Both the position numbers and the translations under genes were made by a program. Of a DNA stretch of 64,000 bases, positions 44,430 through 54,536 are shown one piece after another; within the stretch, counting starts at the first letter, position 1, and the number at the start of each line of letters is the position of its first letter. This stretch comes from an uncultured Methylomirabilota bacterium. GTDB taxonomy: Bacteria; Methylomirabilota; Methylomirabilia; Methylomirabilales; 2-02-FULL-66-22. The DNA lies in assembly GCA_963705305.1 (NCBI GenBank), contig OY970067.1, positions 4,256,001 to 4,320,000 on the forward strand, in the 5' to 3' direction. The notes under the pieces are model-generated. The model did not search any database. It was not told the origin of the DNA and saw only the letters and a list, made by a program, of their open reading frames with translations.

Positions 44430-44714
44430 TCATCTTTCGTATGCCCGGCTTCGATGGTCGGCAGCAATCAGAAGTACGAGGCCTTCTTCCTCATCGATTT
44501 CGTAGAAAAATCGCCAAGCGCCAACGCGGTATCGCCAGGTGGGCGGATCCCAGTTCTTGAGCCGCTTGATGTTAGGGCCAAAGTGGGGCTCGTCTCGGAG
44601 GCGGGGATATACCGATTCCTGGAGTTTCTCATCGAGGCGGCCGAGACCGGATTGGCCGAGTTGAGCCAGATCCTCCCGGAAGGTCGCCGTCTCGAAAATC
44701 CGGTACCTAGCCAA
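44430..44714 (-). CDS. RelE/ParE-family toxin
   Basis: PHFGPNIKRLK..PPTWRYRVGAWRFFYEIDEE. Confidence 0.85.
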   Translation of the reverse strand: MARYRIFETATFREDLAQLGQSGLGRLDEKLQESVYPRLRDEPHFGPNIKRLKNWDPPTWRYRVGAWRFFYEIDEEEGLVLLIAADHRSRAYER

Positions 44715-44949
44715 CCAGCCTGCCTTTCCTCCGCCTCGCCTCTTGGGACCCCCGCTTCAGGCGCTCCACCAGCCGGTCGTTTGCGAGGATCTCTGCCATT
44801 TCTGTGTCATCCACGAAGTTGTGTTCCTGGATGTGGGTCTTGACGGCGTTCTCGATGAAGTTGGCCACCGAGCGGTTCTCGGCCTTCGCCCGTTTAGCGA
44901 AAGCAGCGTACGTCTCATCATCCACGCGAATGCTCAAGGTTTTTGGCAC
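44707..44949 (-). CDS. RHH/CopG-type antitoxin
   Basis: KTLSIRVDDETY...ENRSVANFIE; overlaps the toxin start; AAGGAGG RBS. Confidence 0.8.
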   Translation of the reverse strand: MPKTLSIRVDDETYAAFAKRAKAENRSVANFIENAVKTHIQEHNFVDDTEMAEILANDRLVERLKRGSQEARRRKGRLVG

Positions 44950-45024
44950 GGACACCGCCTCCTTCACCTGCTATTCAATTTTATTCTATATGCTTCACTT
45001 TGATGCGTCAAGCATACAATAGCG

Positions 45025-45187
45025 CGAACCGGTGAACCGGGGCAGGGGCAGTAGTCAGTAGTCGGTGGTCAGTAGTCCTGTATCCCATCTTCGCCCCTGC
45101 GCGTCTTCGCGTCTGCGCCCTTTTCTCCGGCTCACCGGCTCACCGGTTCGCCCTGTCGCCGCCTCTCCCCCTCTCCCCTTCGCCCCC
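45025..45187. repeat. Mosaic repeat block
   Basis: gcagtagtcagtagtcggtggtcagtagtcc; caccggctcaccggtt; ctctcccc units. Confidence 0.75.
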
Positions 45188-45529
45188 TCACCCCCTCACG
45201 CTCGCTTCCCGCAGCCGGCGCTCTGCGCGAGACGCGTCGCGCCAGAACAGGAACACGAGGCCCTGGAGGAGGGAGAGAACCAGCAGGGAGACGTCATTGC
45301 CGAGGTACAGTGAGATGAATTGATGCGTAACGAGGCGGCCGACCAGCCCGATCACCACTCCGGCGGCCACGTTGATCGCGAAGAATACGATCGTCATGCC
45401 GACGCACTCGAGCATCCTTCCGACAGCGTAACGGACCGTGGCCGCCGAACGCCCCAGGACTACCCTCCCAGCCAGGTACGCCGCGACCGATGTCAACACC
45501 GCCAGAACCAAGACGAAGTATTGTTCCAT
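45188..45529 (-). CDS. Small hypothetical membrane protein (about 3 TM)
   Basis: 113 aa, three hydrophobic segments, GAGG RBS. Confidence 0.7.
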   Translation of the reverse strand: MEQYFVLVLAVLTSVAAYLAGRVVLGRSAATVRYAVGRMLECVGMTIVFFAINVAAGVVIGLVGRLVTHQFISLYLGNDVSLLVLSLLQGLVFLFWRDASRAERRLREASVRG

Positions 45530-45624
45530 GCCATTCGCCTCGCGTGAGTTTGGGTCCGGAACTTCATCTGCCCCGAATCTCCCCCCGACTTCGTGCCGTC
45601 AGGTAAAAATCACTGACAAATCGA

Positions 45625-45819
45625 GGTCCTCGGGATTGCCCCGAGCCCGCTGGGCCCGCGGGCCAGCCGGTTTCGGGACGCCGTGGCCTCCCAGGCACCG
45701 ATGCTCGCCTGGACGCAACGTCCACGGCGCGACGCGCCCTTCCGAGGGCGGCGGCGCCGGAGCAAGGCTGGCCGGTATTCGACGAGGCCCCAGGCGGGAG
45801 AGGGGCAGTCCCGAGGACC
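45625..45819 (+). ncRNA. Candidate structured RNA or palindromic element, copy 2
   Basis: Closing stem GGTCCTCGGGATTGCCCC / GGGGCAGTCCCGAGGACC; core shared with 34515-34745. Confidence 0.45.
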
Positions 45820-45860
45820 GGTGAAATTGATCGCGGACTCCCGATACGGCCCACCTCAGC

Positions 45861-46475
45861 TCAGATATATCCGGCAATGCGGTAATAGAGCCGACCCACG
45901 ATCTCCTGGAAGATCTTCCGCGTCAGCTTCAAGCGGCCTTCGGGACCGTCCGCCGCTTCGAACTCTTCATCGGACGGCGCGGGACACACCTCGAATCCGG
46001 CCCGGGCGAACAGTGCGCGGGCGCGGAGCATATGCTCTGAGGCGGTTACCAGAAGGATCTTCTTGATTCCGCGAGGACTCAACAGCGCATAGATCCGGCT
46101 GGCCTCCTCGCGTGTCGTGAATGCGTTCGACACTTCGATGATTGCGCCGGGCGGAATCCCCATATCCTGAGCCATCCTGTCACGGACCGAGGCCTCCGAC
46201 GGTCCCCGCCGGGGGGGCGGGCCCGAGACTACCAGCAGCGGCGCATACCCCTTCCGGAAGAGCACGAGTCCGTACAGCAGTCGCCGCAGGGACTCCTCGC
46301 TCAATTGGCCGGCCTCGGCGCCCGCCCCCAGGACGATGACCGCCCCGGCCGGTTGGATCTGCGGCATCACGGCCAGCCGGTAGGCCAGGATGTTTGACAG
46401 AGGCGTGAATGCCGCCACCAGGAAGCCCGCCACCCCCACCAGCCCCAGCACCTTCACTATCCGCCTCCAAGTCAT
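45861..46475 (-). CDS. YdcF/DUF218 family protein
   Basis: N-terminal TM, VIVLGAG, SEA..M, TTREEA, LLVTASEHMLRA..F. Confidence 0.85.
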   Translation of the reverse strand: MTWRRIVKVLGLVGVAGFLVAAFTPLSNILAYRLAVMPQIQPAGAVIVLGAGAEAGQLSEESLRRLLYGLVLFRKGYAPLLVVSGPPPRRGPSEASVRDRMAQDMGIPPGAIIEVSNAFTTREEASRIYALLSPRGIKKILLVTASEHMLRARALFARAGFEVCPAPSDEEFEAADGPEGRLKLTRKIFQEIVGRLYYRIAGYI

Positions 46476-46545
46476 TTGCTTTTCCCTAAGTCGCCTTCCA
46501 TCCCCACCGTCACTCGCCGTCTTCCCCTCAGGCACAAATCTGACA

Positions 46546-46700
46546 TCTCACGCCAAGACCGCCATTTCCGGTACGCAGTAGTCAGTGGTCCTGGATTCCA
46601 CCCTCGCCCCCTCACCCCCTCGCCCATGCGCCTCTGCGCTCTTTTCTTCGGTTCCCCCCTTCTCCGTCTCCCGTCTCCTCTCCGTGTCTCCCCCACAGCC
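46546..46700. repeat. Mosaic repeat block
   Basis: tctcacgccaagaccgccatt...gcagtagtcagtggtcctggattccacc...; same module order as 42632-42868. Confidence 0.8.
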
Positions 46701-46705
46701 CCTCG

Positions 46706-47054
46706 CTACAACCGAACCACCCGGATGCCCATCTTCCTTGCCGCGCGGGCGAGCTTCGCGTCCAGCGTCGCGAGCTCGAACCCCCTTCGCTGAGCTAGCT
46801 CCAGATAGGCTGCATCGTACGCGGAGAGGCCATGCTCTCGCGCCAGATTGTGCAATCGCCAGAACGTCATCGGGCATCAGTACGACGTCCGTTTGAATCG
46901 GCAGCATGCCGAACAACTCGGTAATCCGCCGGCCGTCCAGATCGGACAATCGCCCGCGCCGCTGGGCCATCGTCAGTCCATTGGCAAGCTCGTACCACCA
47001 CAACGCAGGAACCCAAAATGGATTCCCCACTGAGGTGCGTGCCAGCAGACGATC
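46706..47054 (-). pseudogene. vapC: VapC/PIN toxin, 3' part (interrupted by the Tn7-like element; also frameshifted near 46850-46890)
   Basis: DRLLART...WVPALWWYELANGL then, in another frame, LAREHGLSAYDAAYLELA...LATLDAKLARAA, stop at 46706. Confidence 0.85.
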
Positions 47055-47436
47055 TGCGACTTCCATTGAAGGGTGGCCAAGGTTTTAGGCATAAAGCGGC
47101 CACGAAAATCGCTAACGTGCTGATTTTGTTGATGGGTAATTGGGCGCTGGATTTCGGAGAAATAGGCATAACGTGGACGTGGGTCGAAATCGCAGCCATA
47201 ACGTGGCCATGAGTCTGCCAACATCTTTCTGGCGTGAGTGTGCGCCGCCCTGAGATCATGGGGTGAGGTGCGGCCGACGGGTGCCGGTCGACTGCGAGCA
47301 CGCCTTGGGTGTGCGATTCGGAAGCACTACTTCCTCGTCAGAAAAGGACGATCGAACTGAGTTGGAGAGACTCCGCTTGGGTCAAGGCGTAAGACATCCC
47401 CTGGAGGAACGCGACCTCCAGTCACGAGCTCAATGC

Positions 47437-48039
47437 TCAAGGGTTCCTTTGCGGGTGCGCGAGTGGCCGCAACCAGCGGGGAGCCGGCTCCCGTATCTCG
47501 ATGACCTTTCCATCTTCGAAGCGGGCAACGAGCCGGTACGGCGATCCCAGATCATCATTATCATACACCCAAACGTGGGGCAGCTCTGCGATGGCGGCCG
47601 TGAGATTGCTGAGCGTTCGGGGAAAGCGCGACTGAAGCTTCTCCGCGGGAACATCGTGACCGCCTCTGCTCACGCGCATCGCCACGCGCTCTTCCGACAC
47701 CTTGGGCCCGCTGATCCCGATGAAGATGAGCACCACGGTGTACCCGGCCTCCACGGCTTCTCGGAGGAATTTCCGCTTCTCTCCCACCGGATCCGAAAAC
47801 ACGGTCTCGAAAACAAAGCTCTCCCGCTGGGTGACCAGTTCCCGGCGGACGGCATCCGCCAATTGAACCGCGGTAGCCGGATCGACATTCAGGTCACGGG
47901 CCAGGACATCCGCATTGATCAGCCGCAACCCTGTCGGTTGGAGGTGGGCATAATAGAAGCTTGACTTACCCGCCCCGTTAGGCCCCGCCAGGGCCACGAT
48001 GCTCGGGCGCTGGTCCAGGTAGGGGGGCAGCAATTTCAC
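47437..48039 (-). CDS. Zeta-toxin-like P-loop ATPase/kinase
   Basis: LAGPNGAGKSS, INAD, SFVFETVFS, RVAMRVSRGGHDVP; GTG overlaps the upstream stop. Confidence 0.85.
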   Translation of the reverse strand: MKLLPPYLDQRPSIVALAGPNGAGKSSFYYAHLQPTGLRLINADVLARDLNVDPATAVQLADAVRRELVTQRESFVFETVFSDPVGEKRKFLREAVEAGYTVVLIFIGISGPKVSEERVAMRVSRGGHDVPAEKLQSRFPRTLSNLTAAIAELPHVWVYDNDDLGSPYRLVARFEDGKVIEIREPAPRWLRPLAHPQRNP

Positions 48040-48452
48040 CGCTTCGCCGTGGCGGCGTGCGACGTTCTCCGCCCGGCGGGAGCTTTCTTCATCGGCCTGA
48101 ATTCCCGATGAACGAACCGCCCGAGGGTTCGCTGGCCGGTCGCGTCGATCCGAACCAGGAGGCCCGGTGCCCCCAGCGCGGGCTCGTAATGCGGGTCCGG
48201 CTCGCTCTCGAGGTAGGCCTGGAGTCGCTTTCGCCCCTCGGAGGTCTCGACGGCGGCGAGGCATTCCGATAAGGGCGTCCTCGCGCCTGCCCGAGCCAAC
48301 GCCATCGCGTGGACGCCTTGCAGGAGCGGCTCGATGGCGCGACCCAGCCGCGCCCAGTACTCGATCTGGCCTGCAAGCGAGCGTTCGGCCGCTTCGCTAG
48401 CGAGCCGCGCATCCAGTACCAAGCTCGTCGAAAGTTTGACTGGCTGACTCAT
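48036..48452 (-). CDS. ParD-like antitoxin
   Basis: MSQPVKLS..LV.DAR...RSLAGQIEYWARLGRAIE. Confidence 0.8.
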   Translation of the reverse strand: MSQPVKLSTSLVLDARLASEAAERSLAGQIEYWARLGRAIEPLLQGVHAMALARAGARTPLSECLAAVETSEGRKRLQAYLESEPDPHYEPALGAPGLLVRIDATGQRTLGRFVHREFRPMKKAPAGRRTSHAATAKR

Positions 48453-48708
48453 CAACTCTCCCTCCCTGGCTTTTCAACATGGGATATGCTCATCTCTACT
48501 GTAGAGTAGCATTTTGCTACCTCAATGTCAAAATGTCCTTTCTCCCGTCTCGTTGCCTCCGTCCTGTTCCTACCGACACACAAACTTGAGGCGGCCTAAT
48601 CTGGTTGGCCGCGATCGCGCTCTCGCCCAGTCCTACCAGCTTGATGTTCGGAAGCTTGGCGTCGATGGAAGGCGACTATGCCGAGGGGGGTCAGGGGAAG
48701 TTCGATGG

Positions 48709-48993
48709 TCAGTTGTCGCTCAGGATCTCTCTGATCCGCTCCGCAATGTCTCGCTGGACCCATCGCAGGACGGAATCAATTCCTGGCGTCGCATAGCGGT
48801 GGGCTTTCTCGTCCTCGAAGCCGATGTGCTGTTGCACGGCCTCGAGGAAAAAATAGTACCCCGCCAGGCTCTCGTCCCAAATCCCAGCCTTTCGATCGCG
48901 GTCCAGCTCCCGCCGCGCTGCCGATAGGCCATAGTAGATCGCCATCCATTTCTCGCGATCCAGCCGTATCGGTTTGTTGGCCTCGGTTGCCAT
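48709..48993 (-). CDS. Hypothetical protein (94 aa), transposon cargo
   Basis: GAGG RBS before ATG 48993; protein-like composition. Confidence 0.55.
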   Translation of the reverse strand: MATEANKPIRLDREKWMAIYYGLSAARRELDRDRKAGIWDESLAGYYFFLEAVQQHIGFEDEKAHRYATPGIDSVLRWVQRDIAERIREILSDN

Positions 48994-49437
48994 TATTTTC
49001 CTCGTGCAGATTCCACAGCGAGTGCGCTTTCCTTCGCCCACAGCCTGCGTGGGAGCTTACCGGTCGCTCAGCTCCTTCCCATGTATGCAGCCCAACATGA
49101 CCTTGCCTACACACGGGTCGAGCTGCGGGCACATTGTCTCAAATCCTAAGCAGCGTACAGGAACATATTTCTGCTGAGCAGTGAATCCCCTCCCGGCGGG
49201 AGGTCGCCAGGCGGTCACTTGAGAGTCTCCACTTGAGTTGGCAAGTGTGGCATAGGGCCGGCGTGCCAAATCCCTCCCACTGGAGGTTCACCGCTCTGGA
49301 GCCCAAGCCCAAAGCGCTCGGAGCGTACCGGCCGATACGCTCGCAGGTTCATCTGCATACATAGAATGCCAGCCCACTGCAATCTGGCAACGAAACCCGA
49401 GCCTCTCTTGATGCCGTTTCGCAGTGAGCAATGACAT

Positions 49438-49980
49438 TCATTTCCTCTTTCGCGGCGTTGGTACTTTCAGCTGCTGCTTGGTGGTCTGTCTAGACACGTC
49501 CACGTCGATCAAAAGTAGGCCGCCACCTCTGAGCAATTGCTCAACTGTGGCCAAGGCGTTTTCGGCCGTTGCTAGGATGGCCCGAGCGATGACCCGCTGA
49601 TCGGGGGTTACCTCCTCCTCGAACGTTCGGGCTATACCCACCACCATCCGTACCGAACCAATGATGGCTGCAGCCGCCTCTGGCGTAATCATCACGTCCT
49701 CGTGCGCACGCGACTCCCGGTACCTGCGGAGGAGGGTCGCGACAGGCTCAGCATCGTCCACGTTGTCTGGGGTAGCCCGGGGATCGAGTGCGAGTAGGTA
49801 GGCTACTGGTACCTTTAGAATCTCGGCGATTTGCCGGAGATTTACTTCATCCGGCACGTTCTTTCCGGTTATCCACGTAGACACCGCATTCTTCTTCAGG
49901 CCAAGTTTTGCTGCGAGTTGGGTCTGATTCAACCTTCGTGCATCCAGCGCCCGTAGGAGTCGCTTGCCCAAGAGGTTCAT
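49438..49980 (-). CDS. XRE-family HTH regulator divergent from tnsAB
   Basis: LNQTQLAAKLGLKKNAVSTWITGKNVP...IAEILKVPVAYLL. Confidence 0.88.
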   Translation of the reverse strand: MNLLGKRLLRALDARRLNQTQLAAKLGLKKNAVSTWITGKNVPDEVNLRQIAEILKVPVAYLLALDPRATPDNVDDAEPVATLLRRYRESRAHEDVMITPEAAAAIIGSVRMVVGIARTFEEEVTPDQRVIARAILATAENALATVEQLLRGGGLLLIDVDVSRQTTKQQLKVPTPRKRK

Positions 49981-50009
49981 GCGTGAGCCCTCGCCTACAA
50001 AAGTTTTGC

Positions 50010-50038
50010 TTGACACGCGTAGTATCGCGCAGTATCGT
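50010..50038 (+). promoter_or_regulatory. Candidate sigma70 promoter towards tnsAB
   Basis: TTGACA-17 nt-TATCGT; AGTATCG direct repeat at 10-nt spacing within it. Confidence 0.6.
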
Positions 50039-50415
50039 TTCGTAACAATTCCAGGCTGCACGACCCGTTACCAACAAATTACCACAACGCAATCTTCCTG
50101 GTCAAGTTGAGATCTCTGATGACTGAAGTCGTGAGGAATAAGGCAGATGGGCCTGGGTCGAGCTGCCAGCACAGCACCGGCCAGACTGACTGTGCCAAGG
50201 CCGCCACCCCAAACGAGGGGCCAGCGTCATGCAGATCAGGGAGCCTGGCTCATGCGCGAGCGGAGTCTGATGGAGGAGCAGGTTGTGAATCGGTCCGGGC
50301 GCATACCACCCTATCGAACGAGCAAGGGAGAGACGACTGCAGACGGGGCGTGTAGGAGACCAGCACTTATCCTGGCAGCGATGCGAGAAATCTCCTTTAA
50401 GGGGAGGGCAACACC

Positions 50416-53133
50416 ATGATGACCGACGAAGAATTTGCGGAGTGGTGCCGCAAGTGCAATGTCTCGGAAGAGGCTCAGAAGATGGTGGTGGAGATTCGGA
50501 ACTCTCCGCCATCCCGACGCGTGGGCGGGGGACCAGGAGGTGTCTCTGGCCGCTTCCCCTCCCGCAAAACGCGCACGGTTCTCCAGTTTTCGAGCCATCG
50601 GGTGGTATTGCCCTTCCTGCAGCAGATGGACCTCGACCCGAAGGTCAAAGAGATATGGGATCAGCCGCCACCCATCCCCCTCGAGTACCAGAAGGCGAAC
50701 GGGCGATGGGTGAGCATCCGACAGACCGCAGACTTCTTCGTGCTCTACGAAGATCGGGCCGGGTGGGTAGAGATCCGAACAGAAGAAGAGCTCGTCAGGC
50801 TGAGTCAGGTCGCGCCCAATCGGTACCGGCGCGACGAAGACATGGGCTGGAATACGCACGATGACGGGTGCTGGTGCTGCCCGCCGGCTGAGGCCTACAC
50901 CGCGCAGTATGGCCTCGTCTACTACGTCTGGTCCGCCGACGAAATCAACTGGAATTACCAGCGCAACATCCATTACCTGGACGAGTACATCGACGCCCCC
51001 GCTCCCCCCGCCGCTGTCCAAGACCACCTGTGCAAGCTCGTCGCGGACGAACCGGGGATCACCCTGGAGGCGCTTGCGGCGAAAGCGGCGCCAGAGGCCA
51101 GCCGGGACGCGATCTACTGGATGATCACCCACGGTGCCCTCTGGGTGGATCTCTGCGCTCGTCCCATTAAAGACGACGACTTGGTTCAGGTCTTTGTGGG
51201 CCAGGACACGACCGGCGCCCAGGGGCTTGCAGTGGAGCCCGCTCGGCCCGGCCGGCCGTGCGTGGTCGACTTCACCGCGGGGAGCTCATTCTGGTGGGAC
51301 GGGCGCTGCTGGACCGTCGCCATGGTTGGGGACTCGCAGTTGATGCTCCAAGGCGATGACGAGAAGCCCCTCTTCTTGCCGCTCGCCACGCTCGAAGTCC
51401 TCGTGAAAGAGGGAAAGATCACCGGCACCACCCAGACCTCTCCGAACTCGGCCATCGAGCGCCTCTTGGTCCGGGCGAGCGACGCAGACAAGGAGATCGC
51501 CAAGCGCCGCCAGCAGTTCGTGCTCCCGCATCTCGCTGACGAGTGGGTGCCCGAGGAGGAAATGCCCGGGCGGACGCTGCGCCGCTGGGTGCGCAAGTAC
51601 CTGCGCGCAAAAGAGAAGTATGGGTGGGGATTTCTCGGGCTCCTGCCGCGGATCGCCTGGCGCGGAAACCGGGAACCGCGATTTGATGATGGCATGCTGG
51701 AACTCGTCAAGGTCATCATCGATGAGGAGTACCTCAAGCCCACGCAGAAGAACAAATTCGCCGCCTGGTCATACTTGGTGCGGGCCTGCGACGGGCTGAA
51801 CGCCCATCGCAGTACCGGCGAAAAAGAGCTCAAGCCCCCCTCTTTCGCCTCGTTCTCCCTGATGCTGGACCGGATCTCGTTGCATGAGCGCGTGCGCCAA
51901 CGTCGGGGACGGAAGGCCGCCTATCCCTACGAGCCATTTTACTGGTACCTGAGTATGACCACCCCGGTTCACGGCGACCGGCCCTGGGAGATCGCCCACA
52001 TTGACCATACCCCGTTCCCCGTCGAACTGCGGTGCTCGAAGACCCACGAAAACTTGGGCTGCGCCTGGTTCACCCTCATGGTGGATGCCTTCACCCGGAG
52101 GGTCCTGGCCGTGTACCTCACGTACGACCCGCCCTCCTACCGGTCGGTCATGATGGTCCTCAGGGATTGTGTCCGACGCTGGCGGCGGCTCCCGCGGACG
52201 ATCGTGGTCGATGGCGGGGCGGAGTTCCACAGCACCTACTGCGAGACGCTCCTGGCCTTCTATGAGGTCATCCAGAAGACACGGCCGGCTGGGAAGCCGA
52301 GATTCGGGTCGGTGGTGGAGCGCCTGTTCGGCACGACGATGACCGAGTTCGCCTACCTCCTGACCGGCAATACCCAGATGGGCGACGGCAATCTCCGGCA
52401 GATCACCCCCTCGGTCGACCCCAAACGGCTTGCGGTGTGGACCCTCGGCGACTTGTACGAGCACCTCTGCCATTACCTCTTTGAGACGTATGACACCAGC
52501 ACGCATCGGACCCTGGGTCAGAGCCCACGCGGGGCCTATGAGGCGGGGATGGCGCAGGCCGGAGCCCGCTCCCACCGGCTGATCCCCTACGACCGGGAGT
52601 TCCTGATCAACACGCTCCCGACAACGCCGAAAGGCACCGCCACGGTTCAGCCCGACGGTAGCATTAAGATCAACAATCTCCATTACTCCCAGCAGGCTCT
52701 GCGCGACGCCCGGGTCGTGAAGCGACCCGTGCCGGTGAAGTATGACCCGTTCGACGCCGGGCATGCCTTCGCGTTCGTGCGTGGCGAGTGGGTTGAGTGT
52801 TTTGCCCGCAACTATGCCGAATTCCAAGGCCGCACCGAAAAGGAATTGATGCTTTACTCGAGCGAGGTCAAGAAGCGGCTCCAGTTCTCCTCCGACGACC
52901 AACTCGAGGAGGCCCGGGAGCGGGCAGAGACGCAGGGGCGGGTCAAGGACAAGGAGGAGGCATTGGCCCAGCGGTGGCGGGACCTAGAGACCTCCCAACT
53001 CCACGACGGCCTCACGCTCCCCGCAACGCGTGCCCAGGAGACGCCCGCCGAGTTGCCTGAAGCCCACCCCCTCCCCTCACCCGAACCGCCGGCCGAGACG
53101 TCCGAAGAGCCCGAATACTACGGAGAACTCTAA
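50416..53133 (+). CDS. TnsA-TnsB fusion transposase
   Basis: N-terminal TnsA-like (SGRFPSRK, DQPP, TADF); C-terminal DDE (AHIDHT, IVVDGGAEF, RFGSVVERLFGT) and Mu-transposase-like tail (VKYDPFDAG). Confidence 0.92.
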   Translation: MMTDEEFAEWCRKCNVSEEAQKMVVEIRNSPPSRRVGGGPGGVSGRFPSRKTRTVLQFSSHRVVLPFLQQMDLDPKVKEIWDQPPPIPLEYQKANGRWVSIRQTADFFVLYEDRAGWVEIRTEEELVRLSQVAPNRYRRDEDMGWNTHDDGCWCCPPAEAYTAQYGLVYYVWSADEINWNYQRNIHYLDEYIDAPAPPAAVQDHLCKLVADEPGITLEALAAKAAPEASRDAIYWMITHGALWVDLCARPIKDDDLVQVFVGQDTTGAQGLAVEPARPGRPCVVDFTAGSSFWWDGRCWTVAMVGDSQLMLQGDDEKPLFLPLATLEVLVKEGKITGTTQTSPNSAIERLLVRASDADKEIAKRRQQFVLPHLADEWVPEEEMPGRTLRRWVRKYLRAKEKYGWGFLGLLPRIAWRGNREPRFDDGMLELVKVIIDEEYLKPTQKNKFAAWSYLVRACDGLNAHRSTGEKELKPPSFASFSLMLDRISLHERVRQRRGRKAAYPYEPFYWYLSMTTPVHGDRPWEIAHIDHTPFPVELRCSKTHENLGCAWFTLMVDAFTRRVLAVYLTYDPPSYRSVMMVLRDCVRRWRRLPRTIVVDGGAEFHSTYCETLLAFYEVIQKTRPAGKPRFGSVVERLFGTTMTEFAYLLTGNTQMGDGNLRQITPSVDPKRLAVWTLGDLYEHLCHYLFETYDTSTHRTLGQSPRGAYEAGMAQAGARSHRLIPYDREFLINTLPTTPKGTATVQPDGSIKINNLHYSQQALRDARVVKRPVPVKYDPFDAGHAFAFVRGEWVECFARNYAEFQGRTEKELMLYSSEVKKRLQFSSDDQLEEARERAETQGRVKDKEEALAQRWRDLETSQLHDGLTLPATRAQETPAELPEAHPLPSPEPPAETSEEPEYYGEL

Positions 53134-54317
53134 TGCCATCTACCTTGCCACGCTTCCCTCCCCCTCTTCTCCAGGCGCCAAGCGCCGAGCGGATTGCGTA
53201 CCTTGTAGGGTATACGATGGCACATCCGTTGCTCAAGACGGTTCTCAAGCGACTCTCGAGCGAAATCGCCGACTCCTTTCGGAACTCCCTGATCTTCGTT
53301 CCCGGCCTCACGGGGGTGGGAAAGACGACGGTCCGCAGGCTGATCGAGGAAACTCTCACACAGGAGTTAGAAGAGGATCTCAAGACTGACCGGGAGCGAA
53401 TCCCTGTCGTCAGCGTCGAAGTCGTGGCGCCAGAATACGGCAAGCTCAATTGGACCAACCACTACTTTAAGCCGACCCTCCGGGTGATTCAGGATGTGCT
53501 GATCGGTCGCAAGCGCCGCCTGGGTCCGTCCCCCAATCCCGAAGCGGCCCCATATGACTTGCTCGGCCCACGGGCGACAGGTGCCGTCTATTATGAGGCG
53601 GTTGTCGAAGGGCTGACCCACCGGCGTCCCAGGGTTGTCCTCATCGACGAAGCGCAGCATTTTCTTCGGGTCGGCCCCGGACGCAACGCGTTGGACTACG
53701 TCGATGTGATCAAGAGCATCGCCAATCGCACGCAGACCGTTCACATCCTGTTCGGGACGTTCGAGCTCCTGGGCCTTCTTGATTTAAGCGGACAGCTCAG
53801 CCGCCGGAGCATCATCGTGCCTTTTCCGCGTTATCACTGTGACACGCCCGAAGAGCAGAAGATGTTCCGCCACGTCCTTCGAACGTTTGCACTCCAGTTG
53901 CCGCTCGAAGAGCCGCCCGATCTCGCCGGAGACTGGCAATTCCTGTATGAATGCACCCTGGGCAGCTTGGGTCTCCTGAAGCAATTGCTGGTCAAAGCAA
54001 TCGCCTCGGCCTACCGGGAGAATCGCCTGGTCCTCACGCGGGCCGACTTGGAAAAGGGGGCCCTCCTCCCCGCACAACGAAACCGGATCCTCCTGGAGGC
54101 TGCTATCGGGGAGAAGCGATTGGCAGGAGGAGGAGATCTTCTGCCAGAAGAGTGCGCGATCCTGGGCCTGGTTCCCCGGGTTCCCCCTCCTCGCCCGCCA
54201 GCGCCTAAGACTCCGACACAGGACCGGAAGCTCCACCCCGGTCGACGCAAGCCAAAACGGGACCCAACGGGAGGTTCCGGCAATGGGTCTAGCAATGGGT
54301 CCGGATCACCCAGTTGA
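53133..54317 (+). CDS. tnsC: TnsC/TniB AAA+ ATPase
   Basis: Walker A GLTGVGKTT, Walker B LIDEAQH, KSIAN, QLSRRS; TAATG coupling to tnsAB. Confidence 0.92.
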   Translation: MPSTLPRFPPPLLQAPSAERIAYLVGYTMAHPLLKTVLKRLSSEIADSFRNSLIFVPGLTGVGKTTVRRLIEETLTQELEEDLKTDRERIPVVSVEVVAPEYGKLNWTNHYFKPTLRVIQDVLIGRKRRLGPSPNPEAAPYDLLGPRATGAVYYEAVVEGLTHRRPRVVLIDEAQHFLRVGPGRNALDYVDVIKSIANRTQTVHILFGTFELLGLLDLSGQLSRRSIIVPFPRYHCDTPEEQKMFRHVLRTFALQLPLEEPPDLAGDWQFLYECTLGSLGLLKQLLVKAIASAYRENRLVLTRADLEKGALLPAQRNRILLEAAIGEKRLAGGGDLLPEECAILGLVPRVPPPRPPAPKTPTQDRKLHPGRRKPKRDPTGGSGNGSSNGSGSPS

Positions 54318-54536
54318 CACGTGGTCTGATCGTGTGGCTGGGTCGTCAGGATGCGGCGTCTATCCCGTGGCAGCGCGCGGCGAGGCAAGGCAGCAATGTC
54401 GCGCGAGCGGGATCTCGATACCTGAGCTCCCCGCAAGGGTGGGACGACTGACAGGCATAACCATCACGGATGTTTCAGCTGGGACCCGGAGGAGACCGTC
54501 CGGTGCATGAGGCGATGGGACAAGGGGGGATCGAGG

